64,000 bases of DNA from an uncultured delta proteobacterium (GTDB lineage Bacteria; Desulfobacterota; Binatia; UBA9968), in contig CAVXEP010000013.1 in assembly GCA_963760795.1 (NCBI GenBank), forward strand, positions 244,919-308,918, given 5' to 3'. The notes beneath the pieces were generated by a model that saw only the letters and a list, made by a program, of their open reading frames with translations, had not been told where the DNA came from and searched no databases. Position 1 is the stretch's first letter, and each line of letters begins with the position of its first letter. The position numbers and the translations under genes are program-made. This document shows, one piece after another, positions 63,134-64,000 of the stretch.

Positions 63134-64000
63134 CTATTTTCGCCCATAGAGCTTTTCGACAAAGCCGCTTTTTCTCAATTCGTCGACGAAGCGCAGCTCC
63201 ACCATCTCCTCGGCCTTGACTTTCGTGGCCCGCGGATCGGTCAAGGCTTGCACCTCAAGGGTTTGCTTCAGCCCGTCAATGGTCGGATACGTGTCATTGA
63301 CGAGCAGCTCGGAGTTAGCGTATGCGCGCCTTCCAAGACCTCGCGCGGCAAGCCGCGGGTGTATTTCGCCATGATCTTGATCGCCTCTTCTTTGCGGGTT
63401 TTAAAAAAGTGAATCGATTCCGCCATAGTCCAGACCAGGCGGCGCACTTCGTCGGGTTCTTCGCGGATCTTCTTGCGGGTGGTGACGCTGCAGTTGAACT
63501 GAAAAGGCACATTTAGTTTCGCCATGTCGATGATGACCTTCATGCCCATCTTTTCACCCTGAATCCGTTCCCCGTCGGTTACCACCGTAAAATCCGCCTG
63601 ACCCTGAGTGACGGCGGCAAGCCGGGCCGGCGCACCGCCGACCGTGATCGCTTTGATGTCTTTGTAATTAACGCCGACTTTTGAAAGTGCCAAGCGCATG
63701 GCGAAATCCGCAGATGTGCCGGGAATGTGCACCGCCGCTGCCCGCCCTTTGAGCATCTCCGGTGTACGGATGCTGGCATTGCCGATAATGAAATAAGGCA
63801 ATGTATTCATCTGGCTCTGGATGATTGCGATATCCGCGCCGGCGAGCTTGGCGTTGATCACTGCGGGGCCGACCGCGCCGCTATAGCCGAGATCGCCGGC
63901 GATCAGGCTTTGAATCCCGCGCACGCTGCCGTTAATAAAAATGGTGTCGAGATCGAGGCCATGTTTTTTGAAAAGCCCGGCTTCTTTGGCGATCCAATAA
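63134..64000 (-). CDS. NMT1/THI5-type SBP, near-identical second copy of 53033-54028 (5' end outside window; indel near 3' end)
   Basis: Colinear with 53033-53900 with mostly third-position differences. Stop TAG at 63134. Confidence 0.88.

Noticed and set aside
1-64000. Many frameshifts read as programmed frameshifting or mass pseudogenisation
   Set aside because: Single-base indels are scattered through otherwise well-conserved genes with almost no in-frame stops and are densest in repeats. This is typical of unpolished long reads.
1-64000. tRNA, rRNA, IS transposase or integrase genes
   Set aside because: None recognisable in the sequence or the ORF track.

Overview
GC-rich bacterial window. 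The gene content (very many orphan solute-binding proteins, Rieske oxygenases, bicupins, UbiD, amidohydrolase) resembles Ca. Binatia/Binatota-type genomes; this is an inference. Scattered single-base indels split many genes and are most likely long-read errors. Layout: (1) 1-6285, the 3' part of a giant multi-GAF histidine kinase built from ~1.03-kb units of alternating constant and variable GAF domains. (2) 6.3-14 kb, an accessory zone with an integron-cassette-like MOSC gene, three ABC_sub_bind-type SBP genes, a TPR-PrsW protease, an ORF-less group II intron and a VapBC module. (3) 14-42.7 kb, a minus-strand phthalate-like aromatic catabolic cluster (4 Rieske oxygenases, dihydrodiol dehydrogenase, 4,5-dihydroxyphthalate decarboxylase, UbiD, 3 bicupins) interleaved with 9 paralogous SBPs. 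(4) 43.8-47.4 kb, a three-subunit molybdenum hydroxylase. (5) 47.5-64 kb, more SBPs, TA modules, hydrolases and a duplicated NMT1-type SBP. Most notable: the 674-nt ORF-less group II intron (12393-13066, minus) has an atypical GAAGCG 5' end, and its EBS1/EBS2/EBS3 match the last-codon/stop junction of the multicopy ABC-SBP gene family. Also recurrent: diverged gene 3'-end duplications flank inserted cargo with no integrase in view.
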